Shown one piece after another: positions 61,883 to 64,000 of a DNA stretch of 64,000 nt. Within the stretch, counting starts at the first letter, position 1, and each line of letters opens with the position of its first letter. Origin of the DNA: Candidatus Kerfeldbacteria bacterium (lineage in GTDB: Bacteria > Patescibacteriota > Patescibacteriia > UBA10025 > JAHIVO01); NCBI GenBank assembly GCA_047946875.1, contig CP181398.1, positions 1,169,329 through 1,233,328 on the forward strand, in the 5' to 3' direction. The notes beneath the pieces were generated by a model, which worked only from the letters and a program-made list of their open reading frames with translations, did not search any database and was not told the DNA's origin. A program made the translations under genes and the position numbers.

Positions 61883-62356
61883 TTACTCAGGAAGAACAAT
61901 CTTATTATCTTGTAAGATCTGTTCAATTTTTTGAAAATCATTTTCGGACAAGGTATTATCTTTCGTATGAATTTCTCTTCTATCCAAGAGAATGCGGGGA
62001 GTTTCTTCTCCTTCAAAGAGGACAACGTGCAGAATTTCCCTGCGAAGGGATTCCGCATCGATATGAATAATAAAGGCACTTGCCTTTATCTGATAATGAT
62101 GCCAATGTCCTTGTTTTCGGAAATCACTACCTTCTTCCATATCAGGAATATAAGGAAGATTTTTTGAAGGAATATCAACACCAAACATCAAAAAGATTTG
62201 TTCGGCTTTCTTTTCCCCGTCTGGCAATGGAATCATGCGTGCATTATCATTATTGCTGACACCGCGGAAACCAAGGCTTTCTGTTGGTGCACAGTAGTTA
62301 ATACCGGCTACTATGTTCATTGCAATATCTGCTGACATTATTAACTCCTTTTTCAA
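61883..62356 (-). CDS. hypothetical protein flanked by ~33-bp direct repeats
   Basis: No family recognised. Flanking repeats tcaataaaRARTCCTACTAAaTTAAyTTAGTA at 61836-61869 and 62449-62478. Confidence 0.4.
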   Translation of the reverse strand: MKKELIMSADIAMNIVAGINYCAPTESLGFRGVSNNDNARMIPLPDGEKKAEQIFLMFGVDIPSKNLPYIPDMEEGSDFRKQGHWHHYQIKASAFIIHIDAESLRREILHVVLFEGEETPRILLDRREIHTKDNTLSENDFQKIEQILQDNKIVLPE

Positions 62357-62507
62357 AAGAACATATTACTCAATATTCTTCTTACGTAAAAATGGTTTAT
62401 AAGGTTTAATCTCAAGTTTATTATCTTATCATAGGATTTTGGTTTGTCAATAAAAAGTCCTACTAATTAACTTAGTATCTCTTTCATATATTGTTAATTA
62501 TTTTATT

Positions 62508-63197
62508 TTACCAGTCTTTTGCTTTTAGTCCTGCCTCTGCTGCATCCATTTGTGCTTCTTGTTTTGAAGTGCCTTCTCCTTTTGCAATCAAATTGTTATT
62601 TAAGTAGACACCAATAACAAAAAGTTTGTTATGATCCGGACCATCTTCTGATATTACTTTATAGGCAGGAGTTGCTCCTTGTTTTTCTTGACTTAGTTCT
62701 TGGAAGCGACTTTTTGGATCAAGATATAATTGGTTATCTAGAATATTTTTTAATTTACTTATAATATGTTTATGGATAAATTTCTCTACTACATCATATC
62801 CTTGATCTAAATAAATAGCACCGATTAATGCTTCTGTCGCGTTAGCTAAAATATATTGTCTTGCCTTACTGTTTGTATCTTTAGACTCTCCTTTTGATAG
62901 AAATAAAAATTCATCTAGTCCTGTCTCATCAGCGATAGTGGCTAACATTTTTGAGTTAACTAGACTAGCGCGCCAGTTAGTGAGGTCGCCTTCTGGATTC
63001 TCAAATTTTTTGTAAAGATGATCAGTAACAATTAATTCTAAAACGGCGTCACCAAGAAATTCTAGGCGTTCATTATGATCCAATTTAAAATCAGAGTGTT
63101 CGTTTAAATATGAACGATGCACCATGGCTTGTTTAAGAAGATCTAGATTATCAAATTTTATATCTAGTTTGTCTCCCAGTTTTTTTATGTTATCCAT
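62508..63197 (-). CDS. rnc: ribonuclease III
   Basis: ERLEFLGDAVLEL catalytic signature plus dsRBD. Confidence 0.9.
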   Translation of the reverse strand: MDNIKKLGDKLDIKFDNLDLLKQAMVHRSYLNEHSDFKLDHNERLEFLGDAVLELIVTDHLYKKFENPEGDLTNWRASLVNSKMLATIADETGLDEFLFLSKGESKDTNSKARQYILANATEALIGAIYLDQGYDVVEKFIHKHIISKLKNILDNQLYLDPKSRFQELSQEKQGATPAYKVISEDGPDHNKLFVIGVYLNNNLIAKGEGTSKQEAQMDAAEAGLKAKDW

Positions 63198-63271
63198 AGG
63201 ATGATGTATTGATTACATCAGCTTGACTGAACACTTTCCTAAAATAGGCTTGCCTTCATTTAAGCTGATAA

Positions 63272-63757
63272 TTATTTAGTTGTTGAAGCTGCTTTTATTT
63301 CTTTTTTTGTATCAGACTCAGTAATTGGAGCATCGCCTATTTTTACCATGTCTTTGTAGATAGTCCCAAGGACTCCATTGATAAATTTACCTGATGATTC
63401 ACCACCAAATGTTTTGGCAAGTTCGATTGCTTCATTGATGGCTACTTTTGGAGGAATCTCACCTTTTGAAAATTTTAATTCATAAATACCGATACGCAGA
63501 ACGTTTCGATCTACCACCGTTATTTGATCAAGAGGCCATTCAGGAGCGTACTTAGTAATTAAGTCGTTAATCTCAACGATATTATTCGTAACACCTTTAA
63601 TTACATGAGTAACAAAACCGTTGTCCAGAAATTCTGGAGCAAATTCTTTAAGATTTTTTTCAGCAATTTTTTCTAATTTACTTTTATCAAGCTGATTAAA
63701 ATCCCATTCGTATAAAGATTGCATGGCAATAGTACGCGAAAGATGTCGATTAGACAT
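63272..63757 (-). CDS. nusB: transcription antitermination factor NusB
   Basis: Length and sequence are NusB-like. Confidence 0.8.
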   Translation of the reverse strand: MSNRHLSRTIAMQSLYEWDFNQLDKSKLEKIAEKNLKEFAPEFLDNGFVTHVIKGVTNNIVEINDLITKYAPEWPLDQITVVDRNVLRIGIYELKFSKGEIPPKVAINEAIELAKTFGGESSGKFINGVLGTIYKDMVKIGDAPITESDTKKEIKAASTTK

Positions 63758-63783
63758 AAGATTTTAAGGTTTATTTATTTTTT

Positions 63784-64000
63784 GCTTTATCTTCTTTCTT
63801 TTTTGTTTTCTTCTTTTTACGAGTTTCTTTGACATCCAACATCAAAATATCTCGTCCTTTGTAGTAGCCACATGATTTGCAGATACGATGAGTAAGAATT
63901 GGTTTTTTACATTTTGGACAGACAGAAAGCTGTTTTTTATCTAAAGCAAAATGTGATGCTCTTTCTCTTTTCTGTTGTTTAGTTCTTCTTTTTACTTGTA
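63784..64000 (-). CDS. rpmF: ribosomal protein L32 (partial; N-terminus beyond the window end)
   Basis: CPKCKKPILTHRICKSCGYYKGRDI matches the L32 Zn-ribbon core. Basic C-tail. Confidence 0.75.

Overview
This 64 kb window is low-GC, gene-dense bacterial DNA with small genes, standard stop codons and many AT-rich promoters; a Patescibacteria/CPR-like genome is my inference, not something I verified. About 65 protein genes are called. The conserved core is rplS, an RluD-like pseudouridine synthase, a CCA-adding enzyme, rpsO, pnp, rnhB, nusA, a membrane pyrophosphatase, trigger factor, nfo, trmL, trmD, rpsP, smc, a fused pyrB-pyrI, pyrE, pyrF, rnc, nusB and a partial rpmF. A complete 16S rRNA gene lies on the minus strand with no linked 23S, and I count 11 intact tRNA genes, all on the minus strand. 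Two regions (about 2-11.9 kb and 15.2-18.4 kb) are accessory islands full of signal-peptide or membrane-anchored proteins with T/N-rich linkers. One island carries a three-member family that shares an N-terminal module and carries different C-terminal modules. The most unusual signal surrounds the tRNA genes. Most have truncated partial copies beside them. Those copies, but not the intact genes, carry short (about 22-40 nt) GC-rich hairpin insertions. Two insertions sit exactly at the canonical intron position 37/38 of the anticodon loop. Six tRNA genes also share a conserved element of about 100 nt upstream. A tyrosine integrase and a small GIY-YIG nuclease lie within this tRNA cluster. A second notable locus (41.4-45.3 kb) pairs a 7TM protein with a large extracytoplasmic domain and an ATP-grasp protein fused to a QEGLA/DUF1704-like domain; this looks like a predicted but uncharacterised peptide-ligase system. 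Other items are a strong orphan promoter plus terminator that frame a roughly 400 nt non-coding unit, and GC-rich REP-like palindromes in intergenic regions. There are also three PlsC-like acyltransferases next to an adenylate-forming enzyme, and a secreted PHP-domain phosphoesterase.
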